From: Hydrurus foetidus
Taxonomy: Eukaryota
Assembly: GCA_900617105.1 (NCBI GenBank)
Contig: UYFQ01000466.1
Span: forward strand, 1-37,703
DNA length: 37,703 nucleotides
Direction: 5' to 3'
The position numbers and the translations under genes were made by a program. Position 1 is the stretch's first letter, and the number at the start of each line of letters is the position of its first letter. Below are positions 1-10,308 of the stretch, in pieces. The notes under the pieces were generated by a model. It was not told the DNA's origin and did not search any database. It was given only the letters and a program-made list of their open reading frames with translations.

Positions 1-750
1 GGTATGAAGCTCATCGGGAACCCATCATCACCTGGTGCGCCACACCTACTTGAGCGGACCTTGGACTGCGAATTCCTAAGTGAGAAAGACGCTAAAACCT
101 TTCATACCGACGTTGCTTCAGCACTCTACCTGGGCAACCGAACGCGCCTAGACATTGTATTAGTGTTGGGTGAACTTTGCAAACGTGTAAAGGCACCAAC
201 AATCGAAGACGACAAGAAACTCGATAGGCTCACATTCTATCTGAGGGCTACTAGGGACAAGACATTACGACTAGGGTGTACTTCGCCCCCGACAGTGACA
301 GTATCAATTGATGCTGCATTTGCTAACCGTGATTTGAAATCAACCTCAGGAATTTGTGTCACATTAAGGGTGGGGAATTTCATTTCGAGTTCCAAGGTCC
401 AGAAGCTAAATTCCAAGCCGAGTACAGAGTCCGAGATCATTGCAGTATCTGACGGCATGAACATTCCGCTCTAATTTGCAGGATTCATCGCTTACCAAGG
501 ACATGGCAACGTTCCAGTTAGGCTGGAACAAAACAATCAATCATGCATCACGCTGCTGACAAAAGGCCGATCTACCGCAGAAACCACCCGGTTCATTGAG
601 GTACGGAAATTCTGGATATCAGACTACATCCGCATTGGTGCCGTTAAAGTTGTCTACGTTCCAACTGAGGATATGATGTCTGATTACTTCATGAAGCCAT
701 TACAAGGAACAGTTTTTTCCAAGATGGTGAAGAAAATTGTAGGAAATTAA
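1..750 (+). pseudogene. Ty1/copia pol C-terminus (end of RT plus RNase H), interrupted by an in-frame stop
   Basis: ORF 4-474 has copia motifs (YL..TRLDI, SIDAAF, KSTSG, STESEIIA). Reading through TAA 472-474 in frame gives ..EQNNQSCI..RFIEVRKFWISD..VYVPTEDMMSDYFMKPL..GN* ending at 750. Confidence 0.9.
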
Positions 751-913
751 TACTTCACATTATTGACTTACAGTTGAGCTATTTTTTCAAATTTTTATTA
801 GCAACAATACTTGTATGATCACTATAGCTTACCATAGATACAAATATGATTTATGATACATTTCCACAGAGAAATACAAATATACCGCCTGAATGCTTAT
901 GACATTAGGGGTG

Positions 914-1179
914 TGTTGGATATAGCATAGCTATCCCTACGGGGACGATCCCCTTGGGAGAAATCCCTTTCGGGTAATATCATCTAAGCCCAAGCGGAGG
1001 AGCGAGGGTAGCGCTTTCAGACCCAAGACCATCACTCGAACTGTACTGGAAGTTGCAACTGATGATGACTGTGAACAGTCAACTGTAGCTAGTATAGCTA
1101 GCCATGAACTGCTTTGTCTTGAGATGCCGAGCACTTCTAATTAAAAGAGACTATATGGCTGTGTGCCACTATACCTACA
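914..1179 (+). repeat. Probable 3' LTR of the copia element, preceded by a polypurine tract
   Basis: AGGGGTG (907-913) directly precedes TGTTGGATATAG. The candidate end CTATACCTACA is an imperfect inverted repeat of the start. There is no second copy in the window, so the right end is inferred. Confidence 0.65.
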
Positions 1180-1485
1180 CTTGAGTGAGCTGTTGGAACG
1201 ACTTGGTGGACTAGCTGAAAGCAAAGTGTGTTCTGAACGAACCACTGCTATCAACCAGGTGCTCTGACTGGATCCAGGATCCAAAAGGCAGACTTATTCC
1301 CAGACAAGTCGAAGTCACAAGTGCGAAGTGTGACCTTCATCCTTCATTACTGCACACCAATTACAGCGCTCTTCTCAAGCGGCTTCAGTGTCGGAAGACG
1401 ACAAATCATGATCGCAAACAGGCATTGGAGACTCCTTTGACACCTATGCTTAGAACGGCCTCAAAATCAACGTTTTCGAGCAGAC

Positions 1486-3044
1486 ATGCCAGAGCTGGAG
1501 AAATTAACAGGCGGTGACCTGGCAGAAATTCAAATAGGGGTCAACCTAAGGAAATTTACTGATATTGTATGGGAGACGGCTGACTATATCACCGAGTTCT
1601 TGATTGAGAAACTCTACGAAAAGGAAATCGTTGTCACGGAATGGACACTTATCAGCTCTCCAGATGATGAACGCGTGAAATATGAGAGAACTATTGACTC
1701 CCAGCATCCTCTACCAATATCTCTACCGTGGCTGCCGCTTTTTGTTCAATCTTCAAATGTGCAGTGTTTAGAGTACGATTCCCAGCATAATAATCTGCGA
1801 ATCGTGGAGACATCGGTTATAAAGGGGCTACCTTTTGTCGAACCATGCATTATAACAGAGTGGGATGTTCATGAGTTACCGACCTCAAGTTGCCTTGCAC
1901 GTATAACGTTGCGTCATTCGTACGATAAGTCCTCCTGGATCCAGGGAATGATTGAATCAAACTCTCGAACAGAACTCATCCGATTTTTTCAAATGTGGGA
2001 AACGAATTTTAATCGAATTGCCGTACTTTCAAAAGTCGACAGTGCATCCGAAATCAGCCAATCGGTGAGCAAACTCGCATTTCCGTTTCCTGGGAGATCG
2101 ACATTAGAGTGTAACCCAACAACGAAACGGGAGGAAATACCTCTCAACGTGAAGCTAGAATCTTCCGCGATTGACTTTACTCGTCCCCTGATAACGAAGA
2201 GCGCCCTGTCCATCGACCCTAAACTGATAGCCTTAATAGATTTTCCAGAGAAAATCATCAGCGCTCAAGAATTCTCTCTTAATCCTGTTGCCGAAAAGAT
2301 AGTGAGTCCTTACGGAAGCGAGTCTGAGATCAGCAGTAACGCGTCTTACAAGGAGAGCTGTGGAAGCTTTGACAGCATTCTTTCAGGACTACAGGAGAAC
2401 AATTTCTTAAAAATCATCGCGGCTACACTTATTAGCATATCCGTCAAATTCGATGTTGCTGGGTTCCATGGTATCGAGGTCAACGATTTCGCTAGGTGAG
2501 ACAGAAATGTGTTGCTGACACATAACTATCTTGATCTCATCTTGTACTTACTTCAACATGCAATGTATTGGACAGGGTTTTTCTCAATCAAACAGCATCA
2601 ATATCGTTGATATTCTGCTTAGTGCTAACGTTAGAGTTTTTAGTGAGGATGATTCCCCTTTTAATGTCGACCATTCTCTCGTGGGACCTCACAGACTTCC
2701 TCGACGTCATCTACGATTTTAGCCTTGAAAGATTTCATTCAAACATGGGCTTGAGATTGATAAGAGACGCTCTACTCACTTTGCTGCCTCCGCCTCCTAC
2801 AGTGACATACAACTCGATAGGAACACAAACGGACGCAGAAACTATCTGCCATGCATACGGTAATGTGAACGTGACTTCGTCAAGCAAGGATACATCTGAG
2901 AGTGCATCCCTCCTTCTGGAAGGAGAGTCTTGCAAATTCATTAGGAATGTGGGGTCAGTGGATGCGGATAATGCAAGTTGGACATGGAGAGATTGTCAAA
3001 CCCCCATTCCGATCGGAAAGGGTCCACAAAATCTCGTACCTTGA
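1486..3044 (+). CDS. VASt (StART-like) lipid-transfer domain protein with a C-terminal hydrophobic segment; exons 1486-2495 and 2576-3044
   Basis: The N-terminal part resembles VASt (R.I...HP....PW, GLPF.....W, SWIQGMIESNS). A GT..AG intron at 2496-2575 joins the 337-aa and 158-aa ORFs in frame (AG|G=Arg). The second exon has a TM-like stretch, ISLIFCLVLTLEFLV. The start codon is uncertain. Confidence 0.7.
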
Positions 3045-3489
3045 TGTACTCTGTATATTCTGTGAAGATCATCGTACATATTTCAACGAATACTCTTGTC
3101 TTTGATTCTGATATTTCATATAAAGCCATTACATCGGTATTACGCATACAATTAAACAAACATTATATGATGGCCCAGTGCTTCTCCCCGTGCTGCTGTG
3201 TCGCCTGAAGACTTCGAAATAATTTCTTCGCTGATGACAGATGGATCTGACGAGCGTGATAATATGTCCTCATGTAGAATTGTCTGGTGAGCACTGTTGC
3301 CCTATCGAACTACCCGATAAGAAACAGCTGGAAAAGCGAGACTGTGAGTGAAGGACATCGGCAAGTTTCACCCAGTTATCTTCAAACATCAGTGCTGGCA
3401 GCAAATGCTCTACACCGTGCGATATCCACAACGCACCTCAAAGGTGTTGAAAAATGTAACTTAAGAAGTATTATCATGTTACAGAAAAT

Positions 3490-4015
3490 TTACAGCAACT
3501 TAACATCTGCGGTGGAATTGGCTAGCTCTTCCGCCTTAATTTTGTTATTAATTTTTTGCCGCTCGCTAAGCACATGTTTTATAGCAGCCATTGAGCGCTT
3601 GACTTTTATGTATCGATGTTCATCGCTGGCAGAAACGGGATTTACAGTTCTCTGCAGTTTCTGCTTCTGAGTCAAAATCAAGTTACGCTCTTTGTACAAG
3701 ATAAACCATAATCTGTGAAGATCGTCGAAGCTCTAATGGTTACGATAGGAGAATAGTTTTAGGCAGGGACGAGTTGGCTGGGAGAAAAAACTGAGGAATG
3801 ATGAGGCGCGCGAAGAAGAAGCTGGCACTTACTTTTCTTCTGACGTCGGCTAGTGTCCATTCTCGCCCATAAACAACGGCGGCGTCAGTTCCACTTTTTT
3901 CGTCATAAAATTCATTGAAACCTTGTTGTAGTCTACCAGCATGAAAGCACTGCTTCATTTCAAATTTGCGCGTTGTTATCGCTGTAATCTTCAGTAATCT
4001 CGTCATGAACGACAT
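3490..4015 (-). CDS. MRPL47: Mitochondrial large ribosomal subunit protein uL29m (MRP-L47); exons 4015-3833 and 3732-3490, 141 aa
   Basis: The spliced product contains GREWTLADVRRK|SFDDLHRLWFILYKERN and KVKRSMAAIKHVLSER. The intron GTAAGT..TTAG (3832-3733) is phase 0. The N-terminus is basic and presequence-like. Confidence 0.93.
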
Positions 4016-4261
4016 AGTTTTGTTGCAGCGGCGGTTTTTAGCTAGACCGATAAATTGGGGGGCTTATCGATTGACCTGCCGGAAATTTCTCTGAAGAATC
4101 ACGATTCTACATGCATCAGCGATTAACGTCGTTTCCACTGTTTCTTGTGCTTCGTTGCTGGAGAAGAGCAGGAGAGATAGATAAGTGGAAGGTTACCAAA
4201 TAGTAATTTCGTACCGAGACCATAAAACCGAGATGTTTTTCGTACCGAGGGCGAAGGCCGA

Positions 4262-4377
4262 GGACCGTTTGCAAGGTCAGCCTCCCCACTTCTTTCCCAG
4301 ATTCGAAAAAGTTTCGGTACATTTATCTCCGTCAAGGTTTGGGTGACAGGTGGGGAGGCTGAACTTGCAAACGGTCC
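4262..4377. mobile_element. 116-bp MITE with 28-bp TIRs (GGACCGTTTGCAAGGTCAGCCTCCCCAC)
   Basis: The TIRs match with 1 mismatch. CCGAGG occurs at both junctions. Confidence 0.85.
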
Positions 4378-4379
4378 GA

Positions 4380-5766
4380 GGACCGTTTGCACGATCCCAG
4401 TGGTGAAAATACCCCAGTTGATTTCAGAAGCTTAGAATAATTAAAACCCATCAGATAAACAGTGGCGTTCTGAGTTTTGTTTCAGCTAACATTTCATTAG
4501 AGTGTTGAATCAACTCGATTATGATTGTGTTTTCGAAGAGTTAATAAATTAAATAAATTATGTAGACTATGTTTGTTAACGGAAATTTCTGATGCAATGA
4601 CAGTCATAAAATTGGTGTTTCCCCACGAAATCAGTGGAAAATCACGTCTGAAAACCGTGAAAACACCCAATTTTATGACTGAAGTCATTGCATCTCAAGA
4701 ACTTTTCCGTTTTAAGCCAAACCTTTATAGGTCTACACTAATTCAATTATTGTGGATTTGATTTTGTCATTAACTTTCTTCGAAAACACAATCATAATCG
4801 AATTTGAGTTCAGCACTTCTGAAACTGTGGGAAAATGAGAGCAAAAAAAATTGTATTGAAATTTTCTGACTTCAGAAATGGATGCGCCACTGTTTGTTTA
4901 GTCTGGTGCACTTCTCAGAAAGGGTTTTTGAAAAATTTTCATTAATGTTCTCGTAGCTACCAAAATCCAACTAGGTTTTTGATTCCGACTTGGTTCTTGA
5001 CACCACTGGGATCAGGTCCGCCATTCCTGCATAAAATTTTCCCACCGATCCGTGATTTTGGCGGTCGAGCTTTCTCTACGAATATCGCTCCGAAGCCAGT
5101 GGAAACTACGGGAATCTGTCAGCCTTCGTATGGACTTCAGAAGTTATATCATCTTTTTTCAAAATTAGAAACTTTTTTTTTAATGTTTGAATTAAAATGC
5201 TGACTAGACATGGTAGCACTCCATGTCAACCAAAACCAAGATATAACTTCTATTCCTCTGTAAATTCTGATGGAGATTGATATGGCGGTCTTCCTTTGAG
5301 ACGCTGTAGCTTGCAAGAAAACTCGACCGGCGAAATCACTATGCCGAAGGTGAGACAGAACAGACGGCCAAAGAAGAAACAGAGAATGGTTGCATCTCCT
5401 GAAGTTGTTGGAATCCGACGTTTCGACGATGTCAACGATAATGTATCTTATTTAGCGGATCGAATGGAGTTGGTTGAAGAGGAGGAAGAGGAGGAAAATT
5501 TCAAGGACGACAGCACTGCGCAAAAATAGGTTTGGAGAGCTGTGAGGCGGGCGTTGAATGGCGCACCTCGTAAATCAATTCTATCAGAAATAACGCTAGA
5601 TGTCGGGGGCTCAGCAATACCGCGCTTGTGGATTTCTTGTATAAATGGCAGATAGCGATTGTTGGAAGCTTTGATTAATCATTACAGGTGAGGGAACGTA
5701 CTACTGTGTATGCGTTGTACGTCAGCCGTGGGAAAATATTGGCGGACCTGATCGTGCAAACGGTCC
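4380..5766. mobile_element. Non-autonomous TIR element of the same GGACCGTTTGCA family, with a remnant ORF at ~5341-5650
   Basis: Removing the 4397-5009 insertion restores the left TIR GGACCGTTTGCACGATCAGGTCCGCCA, the exact reverse complement of 5740-5766. Confidence 0.85.
4397..5009. mobile_element. 613-bp foldback (palindromic) element with a GATC target-site duplication
   Basis: Termini CCAGTGGTG / CACCACTGG, with GATC at 4393-4396 and 5010-5013. Internal inverted blocks include a perfect 25-bp match, 4515-4539 vs 4777-4801. Confidence 0.85.
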
Positions 5767-5794
5767 GAGGTTCGAAATGCTTCGAGGTTTTTTA

Positions 5795-7815
5795 CGTATT
5801 GCCCGGTTGCTTCATAGTCATCTGTTCATTATTTTCTAGAATTTCTGTCAGCCTTTGTCCGGTTGAACTTATTACATCATTTTTCAAATTATGAACCCAA
5901 GCGATTATGATAGCTAGCGATCTAGAGTTATATAAGTCAAACTGTTGACAATTTGAGAATGAGAGCGCCCAAAGGAAGATGGACATGAGAAATTCCTTCA
6001 AGAGAGTCAGCAGAAAAGAGGCTCATCTAGCGAACATGCACTTACAAAACTTTCGTGATCAGGACAAAGCAGAGCTAGAGGCTGAGAAGAGGAAGCAGCT
6101 TCAAATCCAAATTGCCGATCAAAACGAAAATAGAAGATTAGAGGCTAGTAGAAGGAGATTAATTGCGATGGAATCAGGAATCGCCGTAGATAAAAGATCA
6201 GATGAAGAGAGAATCCAAGACGAGATTGATGGTGTCGCGGAGGAAATTCAAGGCATCATACCAGCCGCTAATGAGAGCCGGAAACGCAAAGACAGACCAG
6301 ACAATTGGAGGGACATCGCCAACGAGGCGGCAGTATATGGAAACGATGCAGCGGCTAAAAGTTACGCAGATGCATTTCGCGATGCCTTTTCCTCAGCGAC
6401 ATATCAGAGACTCAATCAATCGAAAAAGGATCTGAAAAACAATCGGGTGTTCTCGATGTCTACAATTGTGAGGGTACCATCGTATGGGACTGAGATTGAC
6501 TCCCTACTACTCACTGACTTTGAGAATGTGAGGAGTGTTGGACTACCTGTTGATGATGTTATTTTGAGACGCTTCCTCGGAAACAGACTTCAGACGGTAG
6601 GAAAAGAAGGATTACTGAAAGAGAATGGAGGACCCTACAGTTACGGACATTCATATGCGACAAGATTTTTCAAAAGGCACAACCTTGTTGTGGGAGTGTG
6701 TATGACGAAAATCAGGGAGCTGCCAGCAGATTTCGAAGACAAAAAAGTGAAGTACATGAAAATCGGAGCTTACCTCATCTACAAGTACAATGTACCTCCA
6801 CAGCTGGTTTTAAATGGAGATGAGACAGCAGTTCAGCTTGTCAATCGCGCTAAGGTTACGAGGAATGTGATTGGTGCGAAGCGCGTAGAAGTTCTAGGCA
6901 TTGGCGATGACAAGGCGCAAATTACAGTCACAATCTTCGTCAATGAGAATGGAGATACGCTGCCTTATCAAAAGATATTTGAGGGCAAAACAGACAGGTG
7001 CTATCCCTCTGCCGGAAAGCCAGACGACTGCCTATGGACTCATACTGAAAGCCACTGACAGTCAGTCAAGTCGTACCTCGAACTCATTGAAAAAATCATA
7101 ATCCCCTACAAGACTCAAATGATTCAAGAAGTGGGGTTACCAGAAAACCAAGTGACTATCGTCAAACACGATCTACACTTCACGCACAAAGATGAGAGGG
7201 TTTTACAGTTTTTGAGAGAGAACAAAATATACCCTCTGTTTGTCCCCGCCGGCTGCACGGATGTGATTCAGGAATGTGATGTTGTTGTCAATAAGCCCTT
7301 CAAAAATGCAGGACGCGCAGCATTTCGAGATCATCTGGATGGTTTGTTTCAAGTGCAGAAACAGAAAGGTCTTTCCCTCACCGAGTTCTCGCCCAAGCTA
7401 ACAATGGGTGCTTTAAAACCACTTCTAACAGGCTTTGTCCAAAAAAGCATTCTTGCTATTAAGACACATGAGATGAAGCTCTGCATTAAGACGTCATTCG
7501 CAAATGATGGTTTGTTCGCTGTGATGAGATCTCCAGAGATGCAGCTGAGGGCTCAATTGGAAGATGCGCGTATCGAAGATGATCTCAATGTCAACGCGGA
7601 TGTTGAAATCGACGAAAGTGTGGAGGAGTTAGGTGCTATCTCAGAAGAAGGTGTTGAGAGTGATGACGACTAGGCATCTGCTCATGAGATTTTGAATGTT
7701 TTGATGTTACTGTAATTCAATCTACTATTTTCAAAACCTCCAGTGATGTCCGCTAGAACTTATAAAAAAATCCGGATTATGAAGCCAGATGACTATGAAG
7801 CAACCGGGCAGTACG
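5795..7815 (+). mobile_element. pogo/Tc5-like (Tc1/mariner-related) DNA transposon
   Basis: ~30-bp TIRs CGTA(T/C)TGCCCGGTTGCTTCATAGTCATCTG, with TTA on both sides (5792-5794, 7816-7818). The element contains a DDE_1-type transposase. Confidence 0.9.
5979..7673 (+). pseudogene. pogo-like DDE_1 transposase (DD35D) with one in-frame TGA at 7056-7058
   Basis: Motifs LNGDET, ITV..NENG..P..IFEGK, HDLH..H, VPAGCT..IQECDV.VNKPFK, with 35 residues between the 2nd and 3rd Asp. The 359-aa and 184-aa ORFs are in the same frame. Confidence 0.9.
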
Positions 7816-8568
7816 TTATGGTCGAGTGTACGAACGTTACTTTTTATCCCTCAGGATTCATAAAGACCCTTTTCCGGTCATGAGCTTCCGGCCAGATTTC
7901 ACCGTTTTCACGTGCGGGTCGAAAAGAAATCCTTTATCCACCTAGAGCCTTACACCGAACCTATACGACATTCGTCGACGAAACCAACCCAAGAAAAAGC
8001 GACGGGAAAACCGCCGGTTCTTGTGCCTGCGAGCATATGTTACATTCGTTACTTCATATCAATCACACGTATGTACATACACAACGCACGTCACTCGTCG
8101 CCACTAGTTTGTCGGACCAGTTTTCGGTTTCTGACTGTTCGACAACTTCAACCCGAGACATACTCCATCGTAGCTAATCTCACACTCCTTTCACATCTTA
8201 TTAACTAACGTTACTGAAAACCCAAAACCAACTTCGACTCCTTTGAGTCAGCCAAATCCCTTGCTCAGTCCAATTCGTCTGACAAGATCCCCAGTTGCGC
8301 CAATCTGCCCAACTGGACAATTAACGTTTCATCTTCGACCAGTTCGTCGAAGCCGTGACGCAGCATAAATATATATTTCTAGTAAACACGAGACAACGTT
8401 TATTACAATCGACTCCCCTCAGTTGATTCGTTTCTTACACGCCAGAAAGCAGTGAACGCCCTGGCTCAGCGAGATTCAGAATCTCTGAGGTAAGTGAAGT
8501 CTAAATCCAATACGTTCGCAAAGCCACTCCGAGAAGAACAGGTCTACATCTCCTTCCTCTTTTAAACA

Positions 8569-10281
8569 ATGTCGGAAGGAAAGGGAATCCAAACTCAAGA
8601 CTTGAAGAAGGAAGAAGCAAAGAAGAAGATCGAGGGCTTAAAAGAAGATCAGACAGAAAATGCAATTCTTGAGCTCAAGGAAATGTTTTCCCAATTCTTG
8701 ATATCGAGCAATCAAACTCAGGCTAGCAACCGCACCGACATCAACGAATTGAAAGAGGCAATCAAAGCAATTAACAGATCTAGCACTCAGTCTCCAATGG
8801 GCTCGGAAAGCATGGAGACTCCTTATCCCGTTAGATCTCGTGGCAGCAGAAGATCTTCAATGTTCTTCGGCATATCTCAACTTCCATCAACCCCACAGCT
8901 CACGGATACGCTCCTCGCAGATACGCCGTTCAAATCGAACATACAAGTGCTTCAAGCCGATATTGTATACGACAAGGAACTCAAAGTCAGTTCACTTGAA
9001 GGTCTTCAGTACTTAGCTCGACAACTTCAACTACTATCTTCTAAATATCCTGGCCGCGAAATTAAAATGGCTCACATGGTTTCCTACAACCTACGTCCAC
9101 ACGTCGTAGCATCGTGGAATTCCCATCGTTATCGAGAATCTCTCATAACTGGCCTTGAATCCAACGAAATTATGGTAGAAGATTGGCTATCTCTATCAAA
9201 TTCGGAAGTCCAAGCTATCCTGGTAGAGGCTGCGAGGCCACGCACAAAAGAACTCTACTCGAAAGAACTCATCCTATTTCTCGGCAAAGGAATCCCACAG
9301 GCCCCATCCATAACCACCGAGAACTTCTCCAGTACGTTTTACGCCCCATTAATGAAGTCACTGACCGACTTACATCACCTACATGATCTTATGTCCGAGG
9401 AAACTTCCAACCATAGCACGAACAAATCAAAGATACCGGTCCAAGCCTATGGAACTAGGGACAGCCCTGGCCAAATTGCCTTATGGCTCATCTCCTTGGG
9501 CACACAAAAAGACTCAATCTTACAGTGGCTTAGTAAGGACGAACTGGTTAAACACAAGACTTTAGAATCATCAGTCAAGTTCATCAGAGCCAGGCTCATG
9601 GAAGGCCGCGCCCAAAGCGAGTCTCGTCAAGACTTTGATGCAAAGCTCACTCCTATACGCTATGAAGATTTACGCTACACTCAAGGCGAATCCTATACAC
9701 GCCAGCAGATCTCAGCACCTAACCGTCCGCAATTCACCACTCCACGCAGACATGACCAACGACTGCAGTCCAACTTTGCATCAATCGAGCTCTCTACCCA
9801 ACAGATGTCATCCACACATGACAATGAAAATGATGAGGACACAGAAGATGAAAATGCGCCTACATACTCGGCTGAAGATCTAGATCTTTCAAATGACGCG
9901 AACGCGGAAATATCTACTGAGGATTCACTTCTTGCAATCAGTACAGATCAGCATCGTTCACGCTCAGCTGTTTCTGCTACATTTCGTGGATTTTGCAGCG
10001 AAGCATTTGTCTACGGTAGATGCACACGCCAGAGTTCTGGTTGCACCTTCGACCATTCAACTGCAGGTCAAGAACGCTGCATTCAATCATTTACACTACT
10101 TGCCAAACGTGAGCTCCAACAGCATGGACAGCTCGAGCCATGGTCTTCGCCAAAACAAGAACCAAGTAGCAACTTGAAAACAAACAACTCACAAAGCTTT
10201 AAAACCACCAGCTCTACGAACTTCCGTGGAGTCATAAAGCCTACTTATCCGTCCACCTCGACACGTCCAAATCAGAAATAG
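8569..10281 (+). CDS. Gag-like protein with a C-terminal CCCH zinc finger
   Basis: 570-aa ORF directly upstream of and in frame with pol. It has an N-terminal coiled-coil-like stretch and C-x8-C-x6-C-x3-H (CSEAFVYGRCTRQSSGCTFDH). Confidence 0.8.
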   Translation: MSEGKGIQTQDLKKEEAKKKIEGLKEDQTENAILELKEMFSQFLISSNQTQASNRTDINELKEAIKAINRSSTQSPMGSESMETPYPVRSRGSRRSSMFFGISQLPSTPQLTDTLLADTPFKSNIQVLQADIVYDKELKVSSLEGLQYLARQLQLLSSKYPGREIKMAHMVSYNLRPHVVASWNSHRYRESLITGLESNEIMVEDWLSLSNSEVQAILVEAARPRTKELYSKELILFLGKGIPQAPSITTENFSSTFYAPLMKSLTDLHHLHDLMSEETSNHSTNKSKIPVQAYGTRDSPGQIALWLISLGTQKDSILQWLSKDELVKHKTLESSVKFIRARLMEGRAQSESRQDFDAKLTPIRYEDLRYTQGESYTRQQISAPNRPQFTTPRRHDQRLQSNFASIELSTQQMSSTHDNENDEDTEDENAPTYSAEDLDLSNDANAEISTEDSLLAISTDQHRSRSAVSATFRGFCSEAFVYGRCTRQSSGCTFDHSTAGQERCIQSFTLLAKRELQQHGQLEPWSSPKQEPSSNLKTNNSQSFKTTSSTNFRGVIKPTYPSTSTRPNQK

Positions 10282-10308
10282 GATTTTGCGAGGCCTTCCT
10301 TTGCCGAA

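Noticed and set aside
4452..4900. Separate hAT element (CAGTGGCG..CGCCACTG)
   Set aside because: No 8-bp TSD (CAGATAAA vs TTTGTTTA); better explained as part of the foldback arms.
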